64,000 nt of DNA from the human T2T-CHM13v2.0 reference genome, Homo sapiens. Position 1 is the first letter of the stretch; every line of letters starts with the position of its first letter. A model generated the notes under the pieces. It saw only the letters and a program-made list of their open reading frames with translations, made no database searches and was not told where the DNA came from. Location of the stretch: NCBI RefSeq assembly GCF_009914755.1, contig NC_060948.1; one strand, given 5' to 3'. The translations under genes and the position numbers were made by a program. Shown here piece after piece: positions 1 to 17,430 of the stretch.

Positions 1-89
1 CACTGCACTCCAGCCTGGGCGACAGAGCTAGACTCCATCTCACAAAAAAAAAAAAAAAAAGACAAAAAAACCCCCAAACTTTGTCCAAT

Positions 90-628
90 CCGGAGTTGAC
101 AGACACCTAAGTTTGATTCCATGTCTTTGCTTTTATGAATAGTGCTGCGATGAACACACAGTACGTGTGTCTTTTTGGTAGAATGACTTACTTTCCCTTG
201 GGTAGATACCCAGTAATGGGATTGCTGGCTCAAATGTTAATTCAATTCTTAGGAAGACATGGTGCATCTATACCATGGAATACTATGCACCCATTAAAAA
301 GAATGAAATCATGTCCTTTGCAGCAATATAGATGCAAGAGGAGGCCATTCTCCTATGTGAATTAACACAGAACCAGGAAACTAAATATCAGACGTTCTCA
401 CTTCTTACTGGGAGGTAAACATCAAGTACAGATGGACATAAAGATGGGAACAATAAACACTGAGCAATTCAATGGGGCAAGGAAGGGATGGGGCAAGGGT
501 TGGAAAACTATTGAGTGCTGTGCTGACTACCTGGGTGACGGGATCCTTGTGCTCCAAACCTCAACATCACACAATATACCCAGGGAACAAACCTGCACAT
601 GTACCCCCGAACCTAAAATAGAAGTTGA
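90..628. mobile_element. L1 3' fragments in opposite orientations (~90-250 minus, ~255-628 plus)
   Basis: gggtagatacccagtaatgggattgctgg (antisense L1) followed by aaagaatgaaatcatgtcctttgcagcaa ... aaacctgcacatgtacccc (sense L1 3' UTR). Confidence 0.75.
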
Positions 629-970
<342 letters not shown>

Positions 971-1687
971 CTAAACTGATACAATCCTAAAGGTGTCAGA
1001 ATGACCCAAGTCAATATGCAAATTTGATGTGATCCAATAAAGATAGTTCACAGAATTTCTTTTAGGCAAACTGGACGAATCGATTCGAAAATTGCTGTGG
1101 GGAAAAGAATTCCAAATGAGGCGGCAAAGAGGAAAATTCTGATATGTACAAAGATTGAGAACACAATGGCCCTGTAGGAGATTAAAACATTTGAGAAGCT
1201 TCTATAATTAAACGGGAGGTACTACAGGCATTAATGGAGGAAGGAACAGGGTACAATTTCCAAAAATAGGCCAACTGCATGTGGAAATTGAGTACACGAC
1301 AAAAGGGGCAAAAGATGGGCGTTTTAATAAACCGTGTTGGGGCACGTGAAGCCACATTAGGAAACAGATAAAATTAGTGCCAGACCTCATAGCATGCATG
1401 AGTGAACTCCAAGGCAAAAACAAAGTTAAACCATGAGAAGATTGCAAGAAAGCAGGAATCATTAGTTTAACCTCCACAGAAAGAAAATGCTTCCTAAACG
1501 AAAATTCAGAAAGATGGTTAGATAGATTTCACTATTTAAAAAACTACTTGTTTAAAAAACAGGCCGGGCAGTGGCTCATGCCTGTAATCCCAGCACTTTG
1601 AGGGCTGAGGTGGGGGTATCGCTTGAGGCCAAAAGCTCAGGACCAGCCTGGGAAACAGAGAGAGGCCTCATCTCTACAAAAAATTTA

Positions 1688-1831
<144 letters not shown>

Positions 1832-2114
1832 TCAAAAAAAAAATCACATGGTAAAAAACAAAACAAATCTCCATAAGCAAAGTAAAAAATAAATAATGAG
1901 CTGGAAGAAAATTTGCAACTTCCATCAGAAATATTAACAGCTATTTTTCAGATATCTAAAAAGTTCAACTCCAGAAAAACCCCAAACATGCTACAAAGAA
2001 AAGGGCAAAAATAAGAGTTTATATACAGAACAGGCTCAAATGGCCCTCAACACATATGTTCTCCTTTATATCTAATAACAGACATCCTAATTCAGACCAT
2101 ATTGAAATACTATT

Positions 2115-2793
<679 letters not shown>

Positions 2794-3599
2794 TCTATAA
2801 AGAGCTCTTCTAACCAAACCCCAGTCCCTCCACAAATGGGTAAAGGAAATGAATATGCAATTTGGAGATATGAAATAAAACATAAGCATATGAAACAAAG
2901 TTCAGTCTCGCTGACAATGAAATAATGAATAAAGCAATTGTGAGCTTTCATCAATCACATGGAATAGGTTAAAAAGTAGGGTTGTTATCCAGAATGCGTA
3001 TGCCTTGGAGAAGTTAGAAGTTTACATACTCAGTTCAAATGTACCCACCAAGACTGCATTTTCTTAGGAGATAAGTTGACAATGACTCCTGAAAGGTGAC
3101 AGGCAGCCAGGCCTGGTAGCTTATGCCTGTAATCCCAACACTTTGAGAGGCCAAGGTGGGAGGATCAGCGGAGGCTAGGAGCACGAGGCCCAGCCTGGGC
3201 AACATAGCAAGACCCTACCTCTACAAAAATAAAAATAAATTAGCCAGACGTGGTGATGCTCGCCTGTAGTCCCAGCTACCCTGGAGGCTGAAATGGGAGG
3301 ATCACTGGAGCCCAGGAGGTCGAGGCTGCGGCAAGCTATGATTGCACCACTGCACTCCAGCCTGGGTGACAGAGCAAGACGCTGTCTCTTTAAAATAAAG
3401 AAAAGAAAATTTACATGCATTTTCTTTTTGGCTCAGCTATTCCACTTCCAAGAATTACTTGCACAGATACACTCCCACACATATGCTAAGATATACGAGA
3501 AAACCATTCATGGCTGCCTTGTTTAGAATCAAAAACCATTTAGTTTCATCGCCATTTTATAAAAGACTTTTTGCAGGTGTTACTTAAAAAGAAACATCT

Positions 3600-4190
3600 T
3601 ATTGTTCTTAGCAACAACTTGGATGGCTCTCCAGGGAATTCTATTGAGTGAAGGAAAAAAAGACACACGTGATTTGAAAGGGGTTACACTCTGTATGACT
3701 CCATTTATATGACATTCTTGACATGAGAAAAGGTACAGAAATAGAGAACAGACTAGTAATTCTCAGGGGTTCAGGACAGGAGAGGAGGTTGAGGTAGGAT
3801 GCAGGTTGGTACAGAAATAGAGAACAGACTAGTAATTCTCAGGGGTTCAGGACGGGAGAGGAGGTTGAGGTAGGATGCAGAGAGAGAAACAGGAGGGGTT
3901 GTTGGTGAAAGAAATGCTCTGTGTGTTGCGGACAATGCTGGCTTCACAAACCTGCACGCACTATGAAATTGCACAGAACTCGGTACAAAAACCCACACGG
4001 ATACGAGTAAAACATAAGATCAATGCATTATTGCCTGAATGTGAATATCCTCCTTGTGACATGGTATTATTGCTTTCCAAGATGTTACCACTGGGGGAAG
4101 TAGACACAAGATTCTTTCCTATTATTTCTTACAACTGCTTATAAATCTACAATGATCTCAAAGTAAAAACCTTAATTGGAAAAAAAAAAA
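3600..4190 (+). mobile_element. Old L1M 3' end with an internal 73-bp direct duplication (3732-3804 / 3808-3880)
   Basis: L1MC/MD-like motifs (tgtatgactccatttatatgacattcttg; attatttcttacaactgc); the duplicated copies differ by one base. Confidence 0.7.
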
Positions 4191-4286
4191 AAAAGTCTAG
4201 GCAGGAAGCAGTGGGTCACACCTGTAATCCCAACACTTTAGGAGGTCAGGGTGAGACAATCACTTGAGGCCAGGAGTTTGAGATCA

Positions 4287-4481
<195 letters not shown>

Positions 4482-4608
4482 CTAAAAATAAATGAATAGA
4501 TAAGTAAGTAAATAAATAAATCTATGCTTACGCCATATGATATTTCATTCTTAAAAAACAGGAAAAACAAAAGTCCTATCCTTCTTGATCCTAGTACAGT
4601 TGTTTTGA

Positions 4609-4957
<349 letters not shown>

Positions 4958-5127
4958 CTAAAAAAATAAAAACTATGTGTTTTATGATTCCCGTTTGAAC
5001 TGCTGATCTTCCCACACCCTGGTCCCTTCATCTAACACTGAGGGCTGGAGACACAGTGAGTTTTGTCTACTGTCATGAGCTTCAGGGCATGGCAGGTACA
5101 GGTGTTGAGTTTTTGTTGTTTTATCAT

Positions 5128-5179
5128 GAGGTTGGTGCAAAAGTTAATGGCAAAAGCAGCAATTACTTTTGCAGCAACA

Positions 5180-5182
<3 letters not shown>
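5128..5182. mobile_element. MADE1 (mariner-derived MITE), internally deleted
   Basis: ggttggtgcaaaagt...aatggcaaaagcagcaattacttttgcagcaac: palindromic MADE1 ends. Confidence 0.75.
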
Positions 5183-5230
<48 letters not shown>

Positions 5231-5240
5231 TACTACTACT
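5179..5240. repeat. (ATT)n(ACT)n microsatellite (Alu tail derived)
   Basis: Direct reading. Confidence 0.9.
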
Positions 5241-5691
5241 GATAGGGTCTTGCTCTGTCACCCCGGCTGGAGTGCAGTGGTGAAAACACAGCTCACTGCA
5301 GCCTCAAACTCCCAGACTTAAGCAATCCTCCTGCCTCAGCCTCCTAGGCAGCTGGGACTACAGGCACGTGCCAGCACATCTGCCAGTTTTTTTTTTAATC
5401 TTTTGTAGAGACAGGGTCTTGCTCCATTGCTCAGGCTGATCTCAAACTCCTGTTTTCAAGTGATCCTCCTGCCTCAGTCCCCCAAGTAGCTGGAACTACA
5501 GGTGTGTGCCACCATGCCCCACTAATTTATTTTTATTTTTGTAGAGATGGGGTCTCACTATGTTGGCCGAGCTGATCTCAAACTCCTGGCCTCAAGTGAT
5601 CCTCCCACCTTGGCCTCCCGACGTGTTGCAATTATAGGCATGAACAGGCTACAGACCCCACCGTCATCTCCTCCATCAAAGAGGTTCCTGA

Positions 5692-6023
<332 letters not shown>

Positions 6024-6389
6024 ACACAAGGTCATATTGAAAAGATGCTCAGCCGAGTCTGGTGGCTCATGTCTGTAATCCCAGCACTTTGGGAGGCCGA
6101 GGTAGAAAAATCACTAGGTCAGAAGTTCAAGACCAGCCTGACCAACATAGTGAAACCCCGTCTCTACTAAAAATACAAAAATTATCCAGGTGTGATGGTG
6201 TGCCCATGTGGTCCCAGCTACTCAGGAGGCTGAGGTGGGAGGATTGCTTGAGCCTGGGAGAGCAAGGCTGCAGTGAGCCATGTTCATATCAGTGCACTCC
6301 AGCCTAGGTGACAGAGCAAGACCCTGTCTCAAAAAAAAAAGAAGAAAAAAAAAAGCATCATTTCATTGTTGATATACCATTGTTTCCTA

Positions 6390-6390
<1 letters not shown>

Positions 6391-6425
<35 letters not shown>

Positions 6426-6444
6426 TGTGTGTGTGTGTGTGTGT
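6391..6444. repeat. (GA)n(GT)n compound microsatellite
   Basis: Direct reading. Confidence 0.9.
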
Positions 6445-6653
6445 CACAGTCCTCAAATTTGGGAGAGTAAAGTGAAGATGACCAGCAGCCAAAAACCCAA
6501 CAAAGCTGGTCCCAGGAACACATTTTCCTGATATGCAGTGTAACTTAGGTTCTTATAGAAGAAAGACCGTGTCACTCAACCACCATAATTAAGAACCTTC
6601 AGAGTCCAATTCATGAAAACTCACCGGCAGAACAATATGTGGCAACCATTCTA

Positions 6654-8122
<1,469 letters not shown>

Positions 8123-8153
8123 TTCAATCCATACTCTGACAAGTTCCTTTGTC

Positions 8154-8652
8154 CAGTGGTCCTCAAGCTTTTTGGCACCAGGAACCAGTTTCATGGAAGA
8201 CCATTTTTCCACTGATGTGGGGTGGGGGATGGTTTGGGAATGATTGAAGTGCATTCTATTTATCATGCACTTTATTTCTATTATTATTACACTGTAATAG
8301 AGAATGAAGTAATTATGAAACTCACCATCGTGTAGAATCAGTGGAAGCCCTGAGCTTGTTTTCCTGCAACTAGACGGTCCCATCTGCGTGCGGGTGATGA
8401 GAGCCAGTGACAGATCATCAGGCATTAGATTTTCATACGGAGCACGCCACCTAGGTCCCTCACATGTTCAGTTCACAGTAGGGTTCATGCTCCTATGAGA
8501 CTCTAATGCCACCACTGATCTCATAGGAGGCAGAGCTCAGGAGGTAATATGAGCTATGGGGAGCAGCTGTCAATACAGATGAAGCTTTGCTCACTCACAC
8601 TCTACTCACCTCCTGCTGCACAGCCCAGTTACTAAAAGGCTGGGGACCGGTA
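8154..8652 (+). mobile_element. MER1A-like non-autonomous hAT-Charlie DNA transposon
   Basis: Degenerate TIRs (cagtggtcctcaagc ... ggctggggacc) and internal MER1A motifs (tttttggcaccagg; gccctgagcttgttttcctgcaactagacggtcccatctg); ~500 bp. Confidence 0.85.
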
Positions 8653-8815
8653 CTGGATGCAAGGATACAAGGATGCAAGAGATGCTAAAATTCATTAAAA
8701 TGGGTCCACGGATGCCCTGCATTCTTCACACTCTCCAATTAATCTTGTGAATTCAGCATTGAGTCACTGAAGGTCACAGTGAGTCCCACTTCTGATTTAC
8801 CCACTTTTGAAATGA

Positions 8816-9106
<291 letters not shown>

Positions 9107-9317
9107 TAGAGACAGGGTCTCCGTATGTTGCCCAGGCTGGTTTCGAGCTCCTAGGCTCAAGCAATCCACCCACCTTGGCCTCCCAAAATGCTGGGATTAC
9201 AAGCAGAAGATGCCGCATCCAGCTCATTTCTGCTTTTTAAATGTTTTTCTTTCTTTCTTTTTTTTTTTGAAACGGAGTCTCGCTCTGTCACCCAGGCTGG
9301 AGTGCAGTGGCGGGATC

Positions 9318-9640
9318 TCTAGCCTTCATCTTTCTCCCATGCTGGATGCTTCCTGCCCTCGAACATCAAGACCCCAGGGTCTTTGGGTTTTGGACCGTTG
9401 GACCTACACCAGTGATTTGCCAGGGGCTCCTGGACCTTCGACCACAGACTGAAGGCCGCACTCTCAGCTTGCCTACTTTTGAGGTTTTGGGCCTTGGACT
9501 GGCTTCCTGGCTCCTCAGCTTGCAGACGGCCTATTGTGGGACTTCACCTTGTGATCGTGTGAGTCAATTATCCTAGTAAACTCCCCTTCATATACACATC
9601 AGTCCTATTCGTTCTGTCCCTGTAGATCACCCTGACTTGA
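9318..9640 (+). mobile_element. MLT2A-like ERVL LTR, 3' part
   Basis: ctcagcttgcagacggcctattgtgggacttcaccttgtgatcgtgtgagtcaa matches recalled MLT2A consensus. Confidence 0.8.
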
Positions 9641-10159
9641 ACAGCATGAAGAGCAACGCTGTAACCAGCCCTGTCCTGACTGAGGCAGCCGAATGAGAAT
9701 CAGCAATGAGGAGCTACAGACGACGCAGACGGCACCAGTAGCTACCGCCCAGGATGCATGGACACTCTAGTTTCCACAGCCACATTCAAGTTCTGGAACA
9801 CCACGGCTTCCGGCTGTCTTCAGTGAAGACGGAGCACGTGTCAGTCCCAGGGTGCAATGATCACACCTCGGAGCTTTCCAAAATTCTATCTCATCACGTT
9901 CACCAACAAAGACATCCAAGGAGCAGAATTCAAAGTCAAGGAAGCCTGTGAAATTCACAAGGAGCAAGAAGAACAAAGGCTAAGGACTATTTGACAGGAG
10001 GGGAAGAGGCCTGGTCCCTGGGTTCTCCAAGGCAACGCGGTGGAATGTGTTTTGACGTGTCTTCAAGTCTGAAAGGAACCTGGTCCTTCCATTCCCTGGA
10101 TGCTATGTCTCTCTTAGTGGCTTTGCAATGATGTCATCTGTGGACACAGATCTGCATGA

Positions 10160-10460
10160 GTGACAGTTCTGCAGAGAAACAACCAGTAGGATATATATAT
10201 AGAGAGAAAGAGATTTTAAAGAACTGGCTCCCAAGATGTGGGGGAGGGGCAAAACCAAAATGTGCAGGGTAGACCAGCAGGCCAGATGCCCATGGAGACA
10301 TGATGTCGCAGCTCAAGTCTGAAGGTGGATTCCAGATAGAATTCCCTCTTCCTTGGAGGAGGGACTCTTTTTACCTCTTAAGACCTTCCACTGATTAGGC
10401 AAGGCCCACCCACATTATGAACAGCTATCGGCTTCACTCAAAGTCTACTGAAAATCTCAT
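10160..10460 (-). mobile_element. MLT2C/D-like ERVL LTR fragment
   Basis: cagagaaacaaccagtaggatatata ... aggcccacccacattatg ... ttcactcaaagtctactga. Confidence 0.65.
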
Positions 10461-10592
10461 TATTGGGTACACACCCAGAGGAATATAAATTGTTCTACCA
10501 TAAAGACTCACACGGCTGGGCACAGTGGTTGACGCCTGTAATCTCAGCACTTTGGGAGGCTGAGGCAGGTGGATCACGAGGTCAGGAGTTCA

Positions 10593-10760
<168 letters not shown>

Positions 10761-10764
10761 TCAA

Positions 10765-11119
10765 TCAACACGTATTTTGTATTTATATATATTATATACT
10801 ACATTCTCAACACATGTTTGTATTTATTTTGTGTTTCTATGTATTATATACTGCATTCTTACAGTAAAGTAAGCTAGAGAAAAGAAAATGCTATTAAGAA
10901 AATCTTAAGGAAGAGAAAACATATGTACTACTCATCGAGTGGAAGTGGATCATCCTAAAGGTCTCCATCCTCATCGTCTCCACGCTGAAGAAGCTGAGGA
11001 GGAGGAGGAGGAACAAAAAGGGTTGTTCTTGCTGTCTCGGGGGTGGCAGAGGTGGCAGAAAATCCACATATAAATGGACCTATGGAGTTTACACCTGTGT
11101 TGTTCAAAGGTCAACTGTA
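10765..11119. mobile_element. Tigger2a/MER8-like TcMar-Tigger fragment
   Basis: aaagtaagctagagaaaagaaaatg ... ends in tgttgttcaaaggtcaactg followed by TA. Confidence 0.8.
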
Positions 11120-11807
11120 TATATTATAATATATATGATATATGATGATATATAATTACATTGTATAATATATTATGGGTGTCTATGTGTGTGTGTATAT
11201 ATATATATTCAGTTCCATCCAGGTATGGATAATAAAGCCCAGTACGTATGCAACACACTGGCCATCAGCGTCACGCCTAGTTATCATGCTGGCCGGTAAA
11301 CAACGTGTCTTTGCAGTCCTGTGCCTGAGATCATACCCTTCCCAGTGCCACAGGTCCCCAAATCACTGCATTATTTCTAGAAAAACCCAGCCGCGATTTC
11401 CTAGAAACAAGAACCCCAGGAAGTGTAATCAAGTACCATCTTCTGGAAATTGAGACATCTGAGATGAAAAGTGTGACTTGTTAACTGCCACGTAGAAGCT
11501 CTCAGGAATATTCCCTTTCCGAAGACATTTGTACAAACTGAAGGGTTCTGTACTAACAGAGAATGCTATTGCCTCTTTCCCCAAGGAAACACAGCTTAAG
11601 GAATGTTCCCCTCAATGCACCATCTGTCACCAGACACGTGCGTGTTCCGTCACATGTCACTATGATAAGACAATGACTTGTGTGTGTGTCAATCTAGAAG
11701 CTGAGTATTACCTTGAAATCAAGAGGGAGGCGGAGTTTCTCAACCTCATTTTACTTTTTATTTGTGTTTCGTAGAGACAGGGTCTGGCTCTGTCACCCAA
11801 GCTGTAG

Positions 11808-11927
<120 letters not shown>

Positions 11928-12447
11928 TAAATTTTATATAGACGGGGGTCTCACTGCGTTGCCCATGCTCCTCTTAAACTCCTGGACTCAAGTGATTTTC
12001 CCACATCAGCCTCCGAAAGTCCAGGGATTACAGGCACCAGCCACCGTGGCTGGCCCTCAACCTTACTTTAGCCCAGGGGTCTAACTCCTGGGCAGATATC
12101 CTAAGATTCTTACAGAAAACCAAAGGCAAACAAGTCCAGTCAAGGCAGCATGCAAAACCACCATACTTGGCAAGTGATGTACATTCTCTACCCATTCTCC
12201 AAGGGGAGTTCTGCCTCTCCGGACACAGCACCCCGAAACGAGACCCTGTTACTCAAATGAGCTGCATGACAGGGGAAATGATGGATCAAGCAATGACAGC
12301 ATTTGGGCTCTGCTCTTATTTTTAACTTGTATCACATGCTGGGCACCGTTACACTCACCTGGAAGCAATGCTTTAAGGACAAGTTCTTTCCAACAGTGAG
12401 AATAACTCGTGTGAGAGAAGATGAGATGGTAAAAAAAAGAGCCAATG

Positions 12448-12835
<388 letters not shown>

Positions 12836-13598
12836 CTAAAAATCTAAAATCTGCTTATTCCACAGCCCCTCAGTAGGCTGCTACTGTTTGTTTTTAGCCG
12901 TCTACTAAATTTCATTGATACATGTTTCTGCCTTCTTGGTGATCCCAAATACAACAATTTATTCACACATGAAATTGAAAATGTGATAATTCTGCAAGCA
13001 CACACCCCTTAAGATATGACTCTCAGCTCACAGGCTTTCTCCTCTAAACATTTATATTCAGTAACAGGTATTTGATTCCTCTTGAATTTTAATGAGGAAG
13101 GCACTTACGAGGACTCTTAGAGGCCGTGTTTAAGGGTCATTCATTATGCCCTCCATTAAATCAAGTGGCAACAGCAAACCACGCAGGTGAGGAGACCTGG
13201 GCGGCAGACGGGACAGTGTCTGAGGGTATGTGTTTGGGTTTCTCTAGCTGTTGAACAATTACACACATGAGGGACTGGGCACTGTGCCCCATGCCTGTAA
13301 TCCCAGCACTCTGGGAGGCCCAGGTGGGAAGATCCATTGAGGCCCAGAGTTCCAGACGAACCTGGGAAACATAGTGAGACGCCATCTCTACAAATAATTT
13401 TTTTAAAAACTTGCCTGGGCATGATGGCACACACCTGGAGTCCCAGCTATCATGAGGCTGAGGTGGGAGCATGGCTTGAGTCCAGGAGGTCAAAGCTGCA
13501 GTGAGCCATGATCATGCCACTGCACTCTAGCCTGTGGGACACAGCAAGACCCAGTCTCCAAAAAAAAAATGTTAAAAATTAAAAATAATAAAAAATTA

Positions 13599-13890
<292 letters not shown>

Positions 13891-14262
13891 GAACATTAGA
13901 TAGTACCGGACACGCTGGGTTGGACACAGGGCCGAAAAGGGCTAACTATAAACAACTTTTAGGCAATTTCCGAAAAAGTTGCATGTCAGAAAAAGGAAAG
14001 GTGGGCTTTCCCAGGAACTGCGTACCACCTATATTTTGCCGTGACCAGGATTTTTATATAAGCCCACGTCCTATGTGTATTTCACAGCACTAACCTTCAC
14101 CTTCAAAACAAGGAGCGTTTCTTTGACTCCTCCTTCTTGGAAAATTTATCAATCAAGAAAAAAAAAAGCTTAACCATTACTGTATTTTTTTAAAGAATGG
14201 TATTTGCTACAATCTGAAAGTTTGTGTTCCTCCCCCAAATTCCTGCGTTGAAATCCTCACCC

Positions 14263-16187
14263 CCAAGGGACCGCTGCCGTGGGTACACTGAAGACTTTCC
14301 CTAAGAATGCGGCCAAGGGACCGCTGCCCTGTACACAAGGAAGAGGTTCCCTAAGAATGCGGCCAAGGGACCACCGCCATGTACACACTGAAGATGTTCC
14401 CTAACAATGTGGCCAAGGGACCACCCTGAAGACGTTCCCTAAGCATGCAGCCAAGGGACTGCCACCGTGTACACACTGAAAACATTCCCTAAGAATGCAG
14501 CAAAGGAACAGCACTGAAGATGTTCTCTAGGCATGTGGCCAAGGGACTGCCACCGTGTACACACTGAGGACGTTCCCTAAGCATGTGGCTAAGGGACTCC
14601 GCCATGTACACACTGAAGATGTTCCCTAAGAATGTGGCCAAGGGACCGACGCCATGTACACACTGAACACATTTCCTAAGAATGTGGTCAAGGGACCGCA
14701 CTGAAGACGTTCCCTAAGAATGCAGCCAAGGGACCGCTGCTGTGTATTCACTAAAGACATTCCCTAAGTTTGTGGCTAAGGGACCGCCATCATGTACACA
14801 CTGAAGATGTTCCCGAAGAACGTGGCAAAGGGACCGCACTGAAGACGTTCCAGAAGTGTGCGGCCAAGGGACTACCACCATGTACACACTAAAGACATTC
14901 CCTAAGAATGTGGCTAAGGGACTGCCGCCATGTACACACTAAAAATGTTCCCTAAGAATGTGGCCAAGGGACCCACACCATGTACAAACTGAAGACGTTC
15001 CCTAAGAATGTGGACAGGGGACTGCCGCTGTGTAGGCACTGAAGACATTCCCTAAGCATGTGGCCAAGGGACCTCACTGAAGACGTTCCCTAAGAATGTG
15101 GCCAAGGGACCGCCACCGTGTACACACTGCAGACGTTCCCTAAGCATGTGGCCCAAGGGACGACAGCTGTGTACACACTGAAGACGGTCTCGAGGCTTGT
15201 GGCTAAGGGACCACCGCCATGTACACACTGAAGATGGTCCCTAACAATGCGGCCAAGAGACCACCGCCATGTACACACTGAAGACGGTCCCTAAGAATGC
15301 GGCCAAGGGACCACCTCCATGTACACACTGAAGACATTCCCTAAGCATGGGCTAAGGGACGGTAGCCATGTACACACTGAAGAAGTTCCCTAAAAATGTG
15401 GCCAAGGGACCACCGCCATGTACTCACTGAAGATGTTCCCTAAGAATGTGGCCAAGGGATCGACACCATGTACAGAAGAAGACGTTCCCTAAGAATGTGG
15501 ACAAGGGACTGCCACTGTGTAGGCACTGAAGACATTCCCTAAGAAAGCAGCCAAGGGACCGCAAGGAAGATGTTCCCAAAGAATGGGGCCAAGGGACCGT
15601 TGCAGTGTACACACTGAACATGTTAGCTATGTATGTGGCTGAGGGGCCGCCGCCATGTACGCACTGAAGCCATGTACGCACTAAAGACATTCCCTAAGAA
15701 TGCAGCCAAGGGACGGCACTGAAGACATTCCCTAGGCATGAGGCCAAGGGACCGCCACGGGTACACACTGAAGACATTCCCTAAGCATGTGGCTAAGGGA
15801 CCACCGCCCTGTACACAAACCGTGTACACACTGAAGATATTCCCTAAGAATGTGGCCAAGGAACAGCACTGAAGACGTTCCCTAAGCTTGTGGCTAAGGG
15901 ACCACCGCCCTGTACACAAACCGTGTACACACTGAAGATATTCCCTAAGAATGTGGCCAAGGAACACCACTGAAGACGTTCCCTAAGCATGCAGCCAAGG
16001 GACTGCCACCGTGTACACACTGAAGACATTCACTAAGAATGTGGCTAAGGGACTGCTGCCATGTACACACTGAAGATGTTCCCAAGCATGTGACCAAGGG
16101 ACCAACGCCGTATACACACTGAAGATGTTTCCAAAGAATATGACCAAGGGACCGCCACCTTGTACACAGTAAAGACATTCCCCAAGG
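14263..16187 (+). repeat. 50/38-bp satellite array 1 (~40 units)
   Basis: Consensus CCCTAAGAATGTGGCCAAGGGACCGCCGCCATGTACACACTGAAGACGTT (50 bp), with a 38-bp variant lacking 12 bp between GGGAC and CACTG. Confidence 0.95.
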
Positions 16188-16224
16188 TTCAGTCATGGGC
16201 CTGTGAAACATCACAGGAAAGAAT

Positions 16225-17430
16225 GATGTGCAGGATCCAGTTATTCCACCATAAGGTGTGTACCCAAAGGAAAGGAAATCAGCCCATCAACGGGATACCT
16301 GCACCCCCTGTGCACTGCAGCACTACTCACAGTTTCCAAGATATAGAATCAACCCATGTGTCAATCAACACATGAGTGCCTCAAGCAAATGTGGCATAGA
16401 CACACAGTGGAATAGTATGCAGCCATGAAAAAGGAAATCCTGCCATTTGCAACAACATGGATGGGACTGGAAAATACAATGTGAAGTGAAATAAACCAGG
16501 CACAGAGAGAATACCATATCATCTCGTATGTAGAATCTAAAAAAGCTGAATGCATAAAAGCAGAGAGTGCAATGGTGGTTGCCAGGGAAGAATGCTTCAT
16601 GAAGTGTTTGTCAAAGAACATAACATTTCAGTTGGAGGCCAGGAGCGGTGGCTTATGTCCGGAATCACAATGCTATGGAAGGCTGAGGAAGGAGGACCAC
16701 TGAAGGCCAGAAGTTTGAGACAAGCCTGGGCAACGTAATGAAACCCCATCTCTAAAAAAAAAACAAAAACAAAAAAATTAGCTGGGTATGGTGGCATGCA
16801 CCTGTAGTCCCAGCTACTTGGGAGGCTGAGGCAGGAGGATCACTTCAGCCCAGGAATTCAAGACCAGCCTGAGCAACATAGCAAGATCCCATCTACATAA
16901 AAAATTTAAAAATTAACCAGGTGTGGTGGTGTGCACCTGTAGTCCCAGCTACCTGGGAGGCTCAGGAGGGTCACCTGAGCCAGGAGTTGGAGGCTGCAGT
17001 GAGCTATGAACATGACGCTGCACTCCACCGTGGGTGATAGGGTGAGACTGTCTCAAAAAAATATAAATTACATTAAAATTAAATTTTTTCAGTTACATAA
17101 AAGAAATAAATTCAAAGATCTATCACACCACAGTGATCATAGTTAATAATACATCGCATCTTTCAAAATGACTAAAAGTAGATTTTACATATTCTGACCA
17201 CAAAAAAAAGTAGGTGAGGTGATATAGGTTAGAGTTAAGGTTATGTGAATATGTTAATTAGCTTGTTAATATGTTAATTAGCTTGATTGTTAATGTGTTT
17301 ATTAGCTTGATTATTAATATGTTAATTGACTTGATTGTTAATATAGTATCTAGCTTGATTTAATCACCGCACAATGTGTACTTGGATTAAAACATCACGT
17401 ACCTCATATATATGTATACGATTATTTTTT
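16225..17430 (+). mobile_element. L1M(A)-type 3' end interrupted by AluJ-like pieces; duplicated after arrays 2, 3, 5 and 7 (~21590, ~27030, ~38610, ~48720)
   Basis: L1 3' motifs (tacccaaaggaaaggaaatcag; atcctgccatttgcaacaacatggatgggactgga; tagcttgatttaatca). Confidence 0.8.

Noticed and set aside
5056-5283. Poly-Leu ORF resembling a signal peptide
   Set aside because: Translation of an (ATT)n microsatellite running into an Alu.
8154-8652. MER1A as a possible substrate of the neighbouring hAT-derived ZBED1
   Set aside because: MER1A belongs to the Charlie group, has degenerate TIRs and is common genome-wide. ZBED1 appears to lack an intact DDE triad, so proximity is uninformative.
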